Below are positions 56,584 to 64,000 of a stretch of 64,000 nucleotides of DNA, one piece after another; positions within the stretch are counted from its first letter, which is position 1; each line of letters opens with the position of its first letter. Under the pieces are notes generated by a model that saw only the letters and a list, made by a program, of their open reading frames with translations, had not been told where the DNA came from and did not search any database. Source of the DNA: an uncultured Candidatus Saccharibacteria bacterium. GTDB taxonomy: Bacteria > Patescibacteriota > Dojkabacteria > B142 > OLB20. A program made the position numbers and the translations under genes. The stretch lies in assembly GCA_964461915.1 (NCBI GenBank), contig CAYWVD010000001.1:501911-565910 (forward strand), given 5' to 3'.

Positions 56584-57939
56584 TTATTCGTAATTTTTTC
56601 CTAGCACAAGCACTATATCCCCAATGTGACGATTATGATATTTCTCATTTATAATTTTTACATCCTTCCCTAAAAATCTTCTTAATTCTTTAATTGTAAC
56701 TTCATATTTTTCAGGGTCATCACAATAAATTACATTAAATTCTTCGGATTCAAAAGCATTTCCAACCTGTATAACCCTAGCACCTATATTTTTAATCCAT
56801 CGAGCTCTATTATTAGCCAGTCCCCTTACGCCTGAAGCATTGAGTACTTCAATTCTTGCTTGCTCCTTGAAAACCTTTAAATCAAAAAAGATATTACTCA
56901 AATCTTTATCAATCTGTGAAATATCTGGACTAACTTGTTCATAAAAACCGACATCAATTATAGGACTATATGCATATTCTCTTAAATAACCCTTTTTAAT
57001 ATCGTCCGGTTTTAAATTTAATAGCTTAATTCCTAAATTAAGAATTTCATATTTTCCCATATCTGTATATGCATTATTTTCAAATTCTTTCAAAATATTT
57101 GAAAAGTTCAAAACCGACCTAAATCCTAATAAATTCATTGTGAGGGATTCTAATAATATTTGCTGCCTATTAAATTGATCGTCTCTTCCATTGGAATCGC
57201 TAGCTACAAAATCAAGATAATTTATGGGTAAGACAACTTGGCTACCGGCACTCCAACCTATAGATTGTTTTCCATTTAATTCAATGGTGTCTGGATCGTT
57301 AATATTTTTCGGCACATTAATTTGTAAGGAATTGAAATATTGCGAAATATTTGGGAAATCAGCTTTTTTCACTAAGACATATCTATCAATTTTCAATGCT
57401 AATAGATTTTCAACACTCTTAATTAAGATCGCAAGATTATCTTCATCTATCTTTCGATTATTAAGAATAGTTCGATAATTTAAGCTATATCCTATTGTGG
57501 ATTGGGATACTTTTATATCAGGATTAAGAATAAAAACTGATAAATTATTTTCTCTAGGATCGTACGAATAAAGTGATAAATGATCAACAAATAGATGCTC
57601 CTTTGAAGTCTCGTCACCACCAATAAAAAGGATTGTAAGTTTCTCACTCCCATTCCATTCATTTTTTACTGTTTTTGAACTTCCAGGGAATGATTTCGGT
57701 TTAAAATCAGCAAAAGCTTTCACATCAATTATTATTTGGTAGAGGCAAAATATAGCAATCAAAATAAAAATCAGTGCAATGCCCATCCTACTCTTATCTT
57801 TAAAGAAATTTATTATTTTTGAACCAAAAGAAGTTTTTTCCTCATTAAAAGAAACAAAACGCCTAGTTTTTGATTTGATTTTTATCTTATTTGAAGCTCT
57901 AAAAAGCTTATTTTTTAGATTGCTAAATATATTAGACAT
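56584..57939 (-). CDS. LytR-CpsA-Psr (LCP) family cell-envelope phosphotransferase with a LytR_C domain
   Basis: It has an N-terminal transmembrane segment, an LCP domain (TILFIGGDET...DHLSLYSY) and a C-terminal domain ARIEVLNASGVRGLANN. Confidence 0.8.
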   Translation of the reverse strand: MSNIFSNLKNKLFRASNKIKIKSKTRRFVSFNEEKTSFGSKIINFFKDKSRMGIALIFILIAIFCLYQIIIDVKAFADFKPKSFPGSSKTVKNEWNGSEKLTILFIGGDETSKEHLFVDHLSLYSYDPRENNLSVFILNPDIKVSQSTIGYSLNYRTILNNRKIDEDNLAILIKSVENLLALKIDRYVLVKKADFPNISQYFNSLQINVPKNINDPDTIELNGKQSIGWSAGSQVVLPINYLDFVASDSNGRDDQFNRQQILLESLTMNLLGFRSVLNFSNILKEFENNAYTDMGKYEILNLGIKLLNLKPDDIKKGYLREYAYSPIIDVGFYEQVSPDISQIDKDLSNIFFDLKVFKEQARIEVLNASGVRGLANNRARWIKNIGARVIQVGNAFESEEFNVIYCDDPEKYEVTIKELRRFLGKDVKIINEKYHNRHIGDIVLVLGKNYE

Positions 57940-58867
57940 TTGTTAACTCTTTATATTCTTCTGGGATAGGAGCTTCGAACTCTCTTTCGACTCCATCTAT
58001 GCACATCAGCTTTAACTTCCATGCATGGAGCATCAACCTTTTGTAGCGATTATTCTTACCATAAATAGGATCACCTAGAATCGGACAACCTAATTTACTC
58101 AGATGGACCCTAATTTGGTGGGTCCTACCAGTCTTTGGTAAAACCTTTACTAAAGCCGCTAATCTATTGCCGAAATTAAATTTCCTTATTAAAACCACAG
58201 AAGATTCAGCAAATTTACCTCTATATTCCTCAACAGACGAAATTTTTGTTCTTCTCTTTGGATTTCTTCCTAAAAAATCACGAACAACTAATTCAGCAGA
58301 TTTACTAAAAGATTCTTCAATATTTCCAACTATAATTGCCAAATATGTCTTTGAAATTTCTCTTTCTGCAAATAATTTTGAATAATACCAAAGTCCTTTG
58401 CCAGTTTTCCCGACCAAGACTAATCCTGAAGTATCCTTATCCAGTCGATGAATCAAACCGGACCTTATATTATCACCAACATTTTTTAAACTTTTAAAAT
58501 GGTAAAAGAGCCCATTTAACAAGGTTCCATTCCAGTTCCCAGTAGCAGGATGAGTGACAATGCCAGCAGGCTTATTAATAACAACCAGATCGTCGTCTTC
58601 AAATAAAATATCAAGATCCATTTTCTCAGGAACAATTTTAAATTCATCTGATACCTTTTTAGTGCCTTCAAACTTTTCAACATCTATATGGATTTTGTCA
58701 CCCTCTTTTACTTTATAATGAGGTCTATATTCAATATTTTCGCCCACTTTAATTAATCCTTCATTAAGTATTTCACGAACTTTAATTCTGCTGAATTTAT
58801 CAGTTGCAATAACAATAAATAGATCCAGTCTTAATCCTGAGTTTTTATGCGAAACAGTAAAGTCCAT
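57932..58867 (-). CDS. rluD: RluA-family pseudouridine synthase, RluD-like
   Basis: It has an S4 N-terminus and the catalytic HRLDKDTSGLVLV. Confidence 0.85.
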   Translation of the reverse strand: MDFTVSHKNSGLRLDLFIVIATDKFSRIKVREILNEGLIKVGENIEYRPHYKVKEGDKIHIDVEKFEGTKKVSDEFKIVPEKMDLDILFEDDDLVVINKPAGIVTHPATGNWNGTLLNGLFYHFKSLKNVGDNIRSGLIHRLDKDTSGLVLVGKTGKGLWYYSKLFAEREISKTYLAIIVGNIEESFSKSAELVVRDFLGRNPKRRTKISSVEEYRGKFAESSVVLIRKFNFGNRLAALVKVLPKTGRTHQIRVHLSKLGCPILGDPIYGKNNRYKRLMLHAWKLKLMCIDGVEREFEAPIPEEYKELTNV

Positions 58868-58886
58868 TTTTAAATTTTATTAATTA

Positions 58887-59852
58887 TTATTTTGAAGGAT
58901 TTGCCCTTTTCATGGCCTTATACCAACTACTGACCCTTTCTTTTGTGGGAAGTAATTCTTTGTTATCCCTCCCTATTGATGAATATGACATGGAGAACAT
59001 TTCTTTTGCAGTTAACTTCCTTCTTTTATACTCATCAATATCAAACTGTGCCCTTTGGATAGTCCCATCACTTTTGGCATTACTATTTAAAGATTCTTTT
59101 TTTGTAGATTTATTCAATGAAATAATAAAAAAAATACAAATAACTATTATTATCAAAGAAATAATTTGATAAAGATCAAATAAATTAAAAAATGCAGGTT
59201 CATAATTCGCTGAAAAGTAACGAAGGATAAATTCAATAGCAGAAAACACAATTAAATAAATACCCGAGACTAATCCCCTTTTCTCTTTTAATCTAGCAAG
59301 CAACATAAATTGAATTAAGCAGAAAATATTGTAAGCAATCTGTATGAATGCAACGGGGAACCTTGTAAGTCCATCAGCGTAATTCAGTCCAAAGCCACCA
59401 TAATTAACTATCCCCATTATTCTTCCATCTAATGCCTTACCCAAAATGAGAAATATGATGCTGAAAATATAGGAAATTAATAATCTGTCTAATGTATATA
59501 AATATCCAAGCTTTTTATTGATTTTGGCATTAAAAAACACCACAATAACAATTATCCCCAGAACTAAACCAGAATAAAGAAATTTCCCATCTAATAAATT
59601 AAAAACTGAAGACCAGTCAGATTCATATAATCCAAGATTGTTAATCACGGCAAGTACCCTTGATACAATTAATATCCCGAACAGAGTCTTAAAGCCCAAG
59701 TCAAACCTAGTATACGAATCCAAGTCATCTTTGAATATTTTGTAAACCGAAAATAGGAAAATTAAACAAAAAATAATGAAGCCAATAAAAGAAAAGCTTA
59801 TTTTATTATTAAAAGCTAATACACTAAGAGGCAATACCAAATTATCAGTCAT
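58887..59852 (-). CDS. Polytopic membrane protein, possibly a prolipoprotein diacylglyceryl transferase (Lgt)-like protein
   Basis: There is weak similarity to the Lgt signature in GKALDGRIMGIVNYGGFG (compare G-x-GR-x-GNF-xN). It has 7 transmembrane segments and a basic C-terminal tail. Confidence 0.35.
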   Translation of the reverse strand: MTDNLVLPLSVLAFNNKISFSFIGFIIFCLIFLFSVYKIFKDDLDSYTRFDLGFKTLFGILIVSRVLAVINNLGLYESDWSSVFNLLDGKFLYSGLVLGIIVIVVFFNAKINKKLGYLYTLDRLLISYIFSIIFLILGKALDGRIMGIVNYGGFGLNYADGLTRFPVAFIQIAYNIFCLIQFMLLARLKEKRGLVSGIYLIVFSAIEFILRYFSANYEPAFFNLFDLYQIISLIIIVICIFFIISLNKSTKKESLNSNAKSDGTIQRAQFDIDEYKRRKLTAKEMFSMSYSSIGRDNKELLPTKERVSSWYKAMKRANPSK

Positions 59853-59884
59853 TTTCTAATAATAAACTTCTTCTATTATATCAA

Positions 59885-61126
59885 TTATTTTACAGAACCT
59901 AATATGGAAATTACTTTTTCTTTTTTCAATATTGGAGCCCATACTTTAATAATATCCTCAATTTTCACTTCCATTATTTGTTTCTTTATTTCTTCAGGTG
60001 TTTGAATCTCACCTTCGAACTGAAGTTGGGTCGCATATAAAGATGCCAATGCAGAACTTGTTTCAAAATATGTTATCAAATTCCCTACTAGTAAGTTTTT
60101 CGCTCTCTCTAAATCTTTTTCGTCAAAATTTCCATTACCAAAATCTTTAAGGAATTTAAGAACTTCTTCAACAGCAAAATCTTTTTTATCAGGACTAACG
60201 CCAAGTGCAACTGCATAATATCCTGATTCAAAAAATGATTGCGTCGTTAAATATATATAATAGGTTAAAGCTAATTCATCTCGGAATTTCATATTGAGTA
60301 AAGAACCAAATCCCACCGACATTACCATTTTCCCTATAGATAGAGCCCACCTTTCTTTTTTACTTAAATTTGAGTAATTATAGAAATATCCTCCTATAAC
60401 AATATGCATTTGTTCAAGTTTTCGAAATGTTTCAATTCTCATCTCTTTAATGCCCTTTTCTTTAAAGGGAGCTAGTTTGAAATCTACTTTATTTTTCCAT
60501 TTACCAAAAAGTTTATTTAAATAGCTTTTGATTTTCTTTCTATCAAAATTCCCGGCCACTACAATTAACAAATTTTCGGGTGCATAATGTTCATTTATAA
60601 ACTTTTTACAATCCCTACTCGTCAATCCTTTCAAAGATTTCAAAGTCCCAGCTATATCCCAACCTAATTGATGGTTTTTGTATAAATTTTCGAGGAAAAT
60701 ATCAAAGACTTTTGAGCGTGGTGAATCATTGCTCATTTTGATCTCTTCAGCAATGACATTCTTTTCCTTTATTAATTCATTCTCCTGAAAAAGCGATTCA
60801 AATAATTGTTCGTATAGAAAGTCGATTACCTCAAAAGCCTTTTCCTTTGGAGAAGTAACATAATATACAGTTTGTTCATGAGAGGTCCAAGCGTTAATTT
60901 GAGCACCTAGATTTTCGATTGTAAAAGCTAATTCTTTTGGTGTGGGTCTTTTTTTTGTACCCTTAAAAAACATATGCTCAATAAGGTGTGCCACTCCAGC
61001 ATTACTCAAGTTTTCAAATCTTGAACCTACTTTAAATTGAAGATTAAAATTGAAACTGGAAGAATTTGGATCCTCTACAAAAAGACATTGTATCCCATTA
61101 CTAAGCCTATCTATTTTATGCTCCAT
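59885..61126 (-). CDS. M16-family zinc metallopeptidase (insulinase/pitrilysin-like)
   Basis: It carries the inverted zinc motif HLIEHMFFKGT (HxxEH) followed by ...E.... Confidence 0.85.
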   Translation of the reverse strand: MEHKIDRLSNGIQCLFVEDPNSSSFNFNLQFKVGSRFENLSNAGVAHLIEHMFFKGTKKRPTPKELAFTIENLGAQINAWTSHEQTVYYVTSPKEKAFEVIDFLYEQLFESLFQENELIKEKNVIAEEIKMSNDSPRSKVFDIFLENLYKNHQLGWDIAGTLKSLKGLTSRDCKKFINEHYAPENLLIVVAGNFDRKKIKSYLNKLFGKWKNKVDFKLAPFKEKGIKEMRIETFRKLEQMHIVIGGYFYNYSNLSKKERWALSIGKMVMSVGFGSLLNMKFRDELALTYYIYLTTQSFFESGYYAVALGVSPDKKDFAVEEVLKFLKDFGNGNFDEKDLERAKNLLVGNLITYFETSSALASLYATQLQFEGEIQTPEEIKKQIMEVKIEDIIKVWAPILKKEKVISILGSVK

Positions 61127-61860
61127 TATTTATTTTTTTTCTTCTTTTTCTTCTTTTTAAAAGAAGTATTTGGATGTACTTGAAAATTTTGTTTTGAAAG
61201 AAAATTTTTATCATCCGAAACCTCATCTGGCTTTTTCTCTTCTTTTTTATCCTCTACTTTTTTTATTGTTTCAGTTGTTTTTGTTTTAGAAAATAATTTT
61301 TTGAAGAAAGATGAGACTTTCCCCGCAGAATCTGCGGAATTATTTTTCTTAACTTCATCTTTTAATTCTTCAATCTTCTCACTTAGGATTTCTGTTGATT
61401 CAATTATTTTTTTGCTTTCATCTTTTGAATCAAAACTCACATCAATCTTCATTTCCGATTCCTTTACTATATCCATACTTTTAGGATTGATTTTAATCTC
61501 TAGGCTCATTACTACACCATCTTTTCCCATAAAGTTCACTACTGGAACATTAACACCCCCATAAGAAGCATTATTGGAGTGCTCTGTATCATCATCTTTT
61601 AAATCCAACAATAATTCTGAATCATCAAAGGGTCTTGCTAAGATATATAGAAGTAAAAATGGAATACCAAAAATGAAATTTAATATTGATAATGCTAATG
61701 CCTTCTTTTTGCTTTTAAGTCTGGATTTGGAATCCATAAAAACCCATACACTGACTATTAACCAGAAGATTGCAAAATATATTAAAAGTAAGGGAATCAA
61801 TACTGTAAAATCCACATCCTCATTGAATTTTACTAAATTCAAAATAAGATCATTCATAGC
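61126..61860 (-). CDS. Hypothetical membrane protein with a Lys-rich C-terminus
   Basis: The listed ORF (to 61971) runs into tRNA-Leu. The likely start is the internal Met (MNDLILNLVKF...). It has two transmembrane helices, then an acidic/Lys-rich tail ending KKKKKKKKNK. Confidence 0.45.
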   Translation of the reverse strand, partial: AMNDLILNLVKFNEDVDFTVLIPLLLIYFAIFWLIVSVWVFMDSKSRLKSKKKALALSILNFIFGIPFLLLYILARPFDDSELLLDLKDDDTEHSNNASYGGVNVPVVNFMGKDGVVMSLEIKINPKSMDIVKESEMKIDVSFDSKDESKKIIESTEILSEKIEELKDEVKKNNSADSAGKVSSFFKKLFSKTKTTETIKKVEDKKEEKKPDEVSDDKNFLSKQNFQVHPNTSFKKKKKKKKNK

Positions 61861-61889
61861 TGACCTGTTAAAAAAAAGAAAATAAAAAT

Positions 61890-61977
61890 TGGTACCGAAG
61901 GTGGGAATCGAACCCACATTCCTGTTTAGGGAACACGATTTTGAGTCGTGCGTGTCTACCAATTTCACCACTTCGGC
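61890..61977 (-). tRNA. tRNA-Leu (anticodon CAA), with encoded CCA
   Basis: The reverse complement is GCCGAAGTGGTGAAATTGGTAGACACGCACGACTCAAAATCGTG...GGTTCGATTCCCACCTTCGGTACCA. It has a long variable arm and the anticodon loop CTCAAAA. Confidence 0.85.
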
Positions 61978-62066
61978 TTTCCATCGAAATTATATCTAAC
62001 ACACGATAAAATATCCAGCAAATTACAAGGAAATTAATCACATATAAAAAAGCCCTATTTAGAAGA

Positions 62067-62627
62067 CTAACCTTGCGGTGGCGTTGGTTGTTCTTGAGGT
62101 GCCATTTGAGGATTTGGCATTTGTGGCTGAGTCTGTTGGGGTGGCATTTGAGGTGCCATTTGTGGTGCCATCTGAGGATTTGGCATCATTGGATTAGCCT
62201 GTTGAGGGTAAGCCGGTTGAGCCAAGTAAGCATTTCTAAATGCAACTAAAATTTGCATAATTTTCATCTCAAGATCAGGAATAGATTGAGTTAAAAAGCC
62301 CAACAGCGCCTGATTATCACTCCCCTGTTTGTACAAATTATCAAATTGAATTTTTTGCTGCTCACTTAGCATAGGTTCAAAATACGAGACCAAATTATTA
62401 CCGAACAGATCGTATAATCTTTCTGCCTCTTGGTTTTGAAAAGTTAAGTCTGTATCGTCTCCAAACTTTTCTTGAACTAATTGCAACATAAAACTGAAGA
62501 CATTTTGATCCCTTTCGGGTTGGGTCTGATTAATAGGTTGTTGTGTGTTTACATCATTCATAATTTTATTTATACTGATATTTAACTTCCCAATATTGTA
62601 GCAAATATTTTTAAGGAAAATAAGCAT
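62067..62627 (-). CDS. Hypothetical protein with a C-terminal Pro/Gln/Met-rich repeat (PQMAPQMAPQMPPQ)
   Basis: It is 186 aa, and the likely true start is an internal Met (MNDVNTQQ...). It has a low-complexity C-terminus. Confidence 0.4.
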   Translation of the reverse strand: MLIFLKNICYNIGKLNISINKIMNDVNTQQPINQTQPERDQNVFSFMLQLVQEKFGDDTDLTFQNQEAERLYDLFGNNLVSYFEPMLSEQQKIQFDNLYKQGSDNQALLGFLTQSIPDLEMKIMQILVAFRNAYLAQPAYPQQANPMMPNPQMAPQMAPQMPPQQTQPQMPNPQMAPQEQPTPPQG

Positions 62628-62657
62628 TTAGTATTTTATTTCTTAATTTCAAATTAA

Positions 62658-64000
62658 ATGGTCCATTCGAAGAATAAAGCAAGTGATTTAATTAAAAAGA
62701 TATCCCTTTGGACCATTGTGGTATTGGTTTTTCTCATACCCTGGGTATTTTCTACCGACACCGAAGAATATTATGAAATCTCAAAAAACATAATATTGTT
62801 ATATGCAGTCTCAATATTATCTTTACTATGGATTGCTTCAATAGTTATCTCAAAAAAAACAGCATTCTTAAGGACCCCTATTGATCTTGCAATCATTTTC
62901 TTTTTTATAGCAAGTTTAATCTCCACAATTTTTTCACTTAGTGTTGATACGAGCTTGTGGGGTTATCACATGAGAATAAATGGCGGCTTAATATCGTATA
63001 TTTTATTATTCCTCTTGTTCTATGGGACAATTAATAATATTAAAGATAAACAGACAGTTAAATTTATTATTACATCTATAACTTATTCCCTTGGAATATT
63101 TGCCCTATTCACGGTTTTAAAGGGAATTAATTTTTTCACTCCAATTCTTTCAAAACTTGCAGAAACTAATAGTGATATGAATTACATCATTAATCCGCTA
63201 TTCACTCCTGCTGGCAATCCTAACAGCCTTACTGCATTATTTTTAATAGGTCTCCCCTTCTCAATTTTCACATTACTTAATAAGAAACAGAACTCCACAC
63301 TAGGACAAGTTAGTGGATTCATAATTTCTTTAATATTAATTTGGGCCATTAGTATAACCTCGATAGCAAATTCTATCGATTTCGCAAAGTTTACAAATTG
63401 GCTTATTGCTCTTCTATTAGTGGTATTTGGCATTCTGTTTTCACTAAAAACGAGGAAGTCTAACCCCAGAGGAATGATTTTTAATATTTTATTATTAATT
63501 TTTTTAATTTTTGGTTTTGTTTATTCGAACAATTACTCAATCAGAGGCTCTATTACGCCAACTCTGAATTTTACTAGATATTATGATATCCCTGCCGAAT
63601 CCAGCCTTGAAGTTATTAAGGGTACAGTTAACAAATACTCCTTAAAAAGCATAGTCACCGGAACTGGATTAGATACTTATGCGTATATATTCCCACAATT
63701 TAGGCCCGAATCTCAAAATATTCAACCCAATTGGTTCGAAAATTACACTCGAAGCAATACCCAAATCGAAAGTATAATTACGTCAAATGGTTTAATTGGA
63801 TTAGCAGCATTCCTATTCTTCTCTTTTTCGCTAATTAAGTTTTTAGTTAAGAAAATTATTGCCCAAAAAGTTTTCAATAAAAGCGCAAATCTAATGGCCC
63901 TAAGCCTTGTTTCGTTTATTTTTGTTTTTAGTTTTTTTACAACCTATCACTCAAGTACATTTTTAATAATCAGCTGGATCAGCATCGCCCTATTATTTTC
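62658..64000 (+). CDS. Polytopic membrane protein, 3'-partial, possibly of the O-antigen ligase/Wzy_C-like family
   Basis: An unlisted ORF is open from ATG 62658 to the window end (more than 447 aa), with more than 10 hydrophobic helices and a periplasmic-loop motif TGTGLDTYAYIFPQFRP. Confidence 0.4.
   Translation, partial: MVHSKNKASDLIKKISLWTIVVLVFLIPWVFSTDTEEYYEISKNIILLYAVSILSLLWIASIVISKKTAFLRTPIDLAIIFFFIASLISTIFSLSVDTSLWGYHMRINGGLISYILLFLLFYGTINNIKDKQTVKFIITSITYSLGIFALFTVLKGINFFTPILSKLAETNSDMNYIINPLFTPAGNPNSLTALFLIGLPFSIFTLLNKKQNSTLGQVSGFIISLILIWAISITSIANSIDFAKFTNWLIALLLVVFGILFSLKTRKSNPRGMIFNILLLIFLIFGFVYSNNYSIRGSITPTLNFTRYYDIPAESSLEVIKGTVNKYSLKSIVTGTGLDTYAYIFPQFRPESQNIQPNWFENYTRSNTQIESIITSNGLIGLAAFLFFSFSLIKFLVKKIIAQKVFNKSANLMALSLVSFIFVFSFFTTYHSSTFLIISWISIALLF

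Noticed and set aside
63182-63433. Minus-strand 83-aa ORF near the window end.
   Set aside because: It lies antisense within the long open membrane-protein frame 62658-64000, whose hydrophobic periodicity makes it the real gene.
1-64000. Alternative genetic code (UGA recoding), as in some small-genome lineages.
   Set aside because: Long conserved genes (gyrA, pheT, PBP1A, mutL) are intact under the standard code and terminate at sensible positions. Nothing suggests in-frame UGA read-through.

Overview
This is a 64 kb stretch of an AT-rich bacterial chromosome (about one-third GC by eye) that uses the standard genetic code. The gene content and order look like a small-genome, Patescibacteria/CPR-like or Gram-positive-like organism, with no rRNA genes and no CRISPR array. 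Most of the window is housekeeping. A partial alaS 3' end leads into murB, a small toxin-antitoxin pair, mutL and clpP. The conserved tRNA-Val/thrS-infC-rpmI-rplT-pheS-pheT block follows. It faces a convergent PBP1A gene that carries Ig-like C-terminal repeats. After tRNA-Ser come tyrS, recG, uppP, two RNA methyltransferases, rpmF, nusB, rnc, rpsP with its KH-domain gene, holB, gyrB, gyrA and a Gre factor. The minus strand then carries a xerC/D-like recombinase and a long operon: tRNA-Leu, a hypothetical protein, an M16 peptidase, an lgt-like gene, rluD, an LCP gene, yebC and ruvCAB. Four accessory regions stand out. (1) A ~6.5 kb island-like block sits immediately 3' of tRNA-Ser and opens with a perfect 18-bp hairpin and a 17-bp duplication of the tRNA 3' end. 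It encodes a histidine-phosphatase-like protein, membrane and surface proteins, a 930-aa membrane-anchored subtilisin with a Cys-rich, dockerin-like C-terminus, and an XRE-HTH/Panacea-domain antitoxin-like regulator. (2) A 694-aa surface protein has fibre-like repeats and a Cys-rich C-terminal domain. (3) A large type IV pilus locus comprises pilMNO, then pilB-pilT-pilC, two tandem major-pilin paralogs, pilD and three minor pilins. Two secreted proteins are wedged between the pil operons. The two pilins keep conserved ends around a hypervariable middle, and pilT carries an unusual N-terminal extension. (4) The xer-like recombinase is flanked by unusually long non-coding DNA. Two further observations are a thrS homolog in the canonical operon whose catalytic-core motifs look degenerate, and a promoter-to-terminator small-RNA candidate between mutL and clpP.
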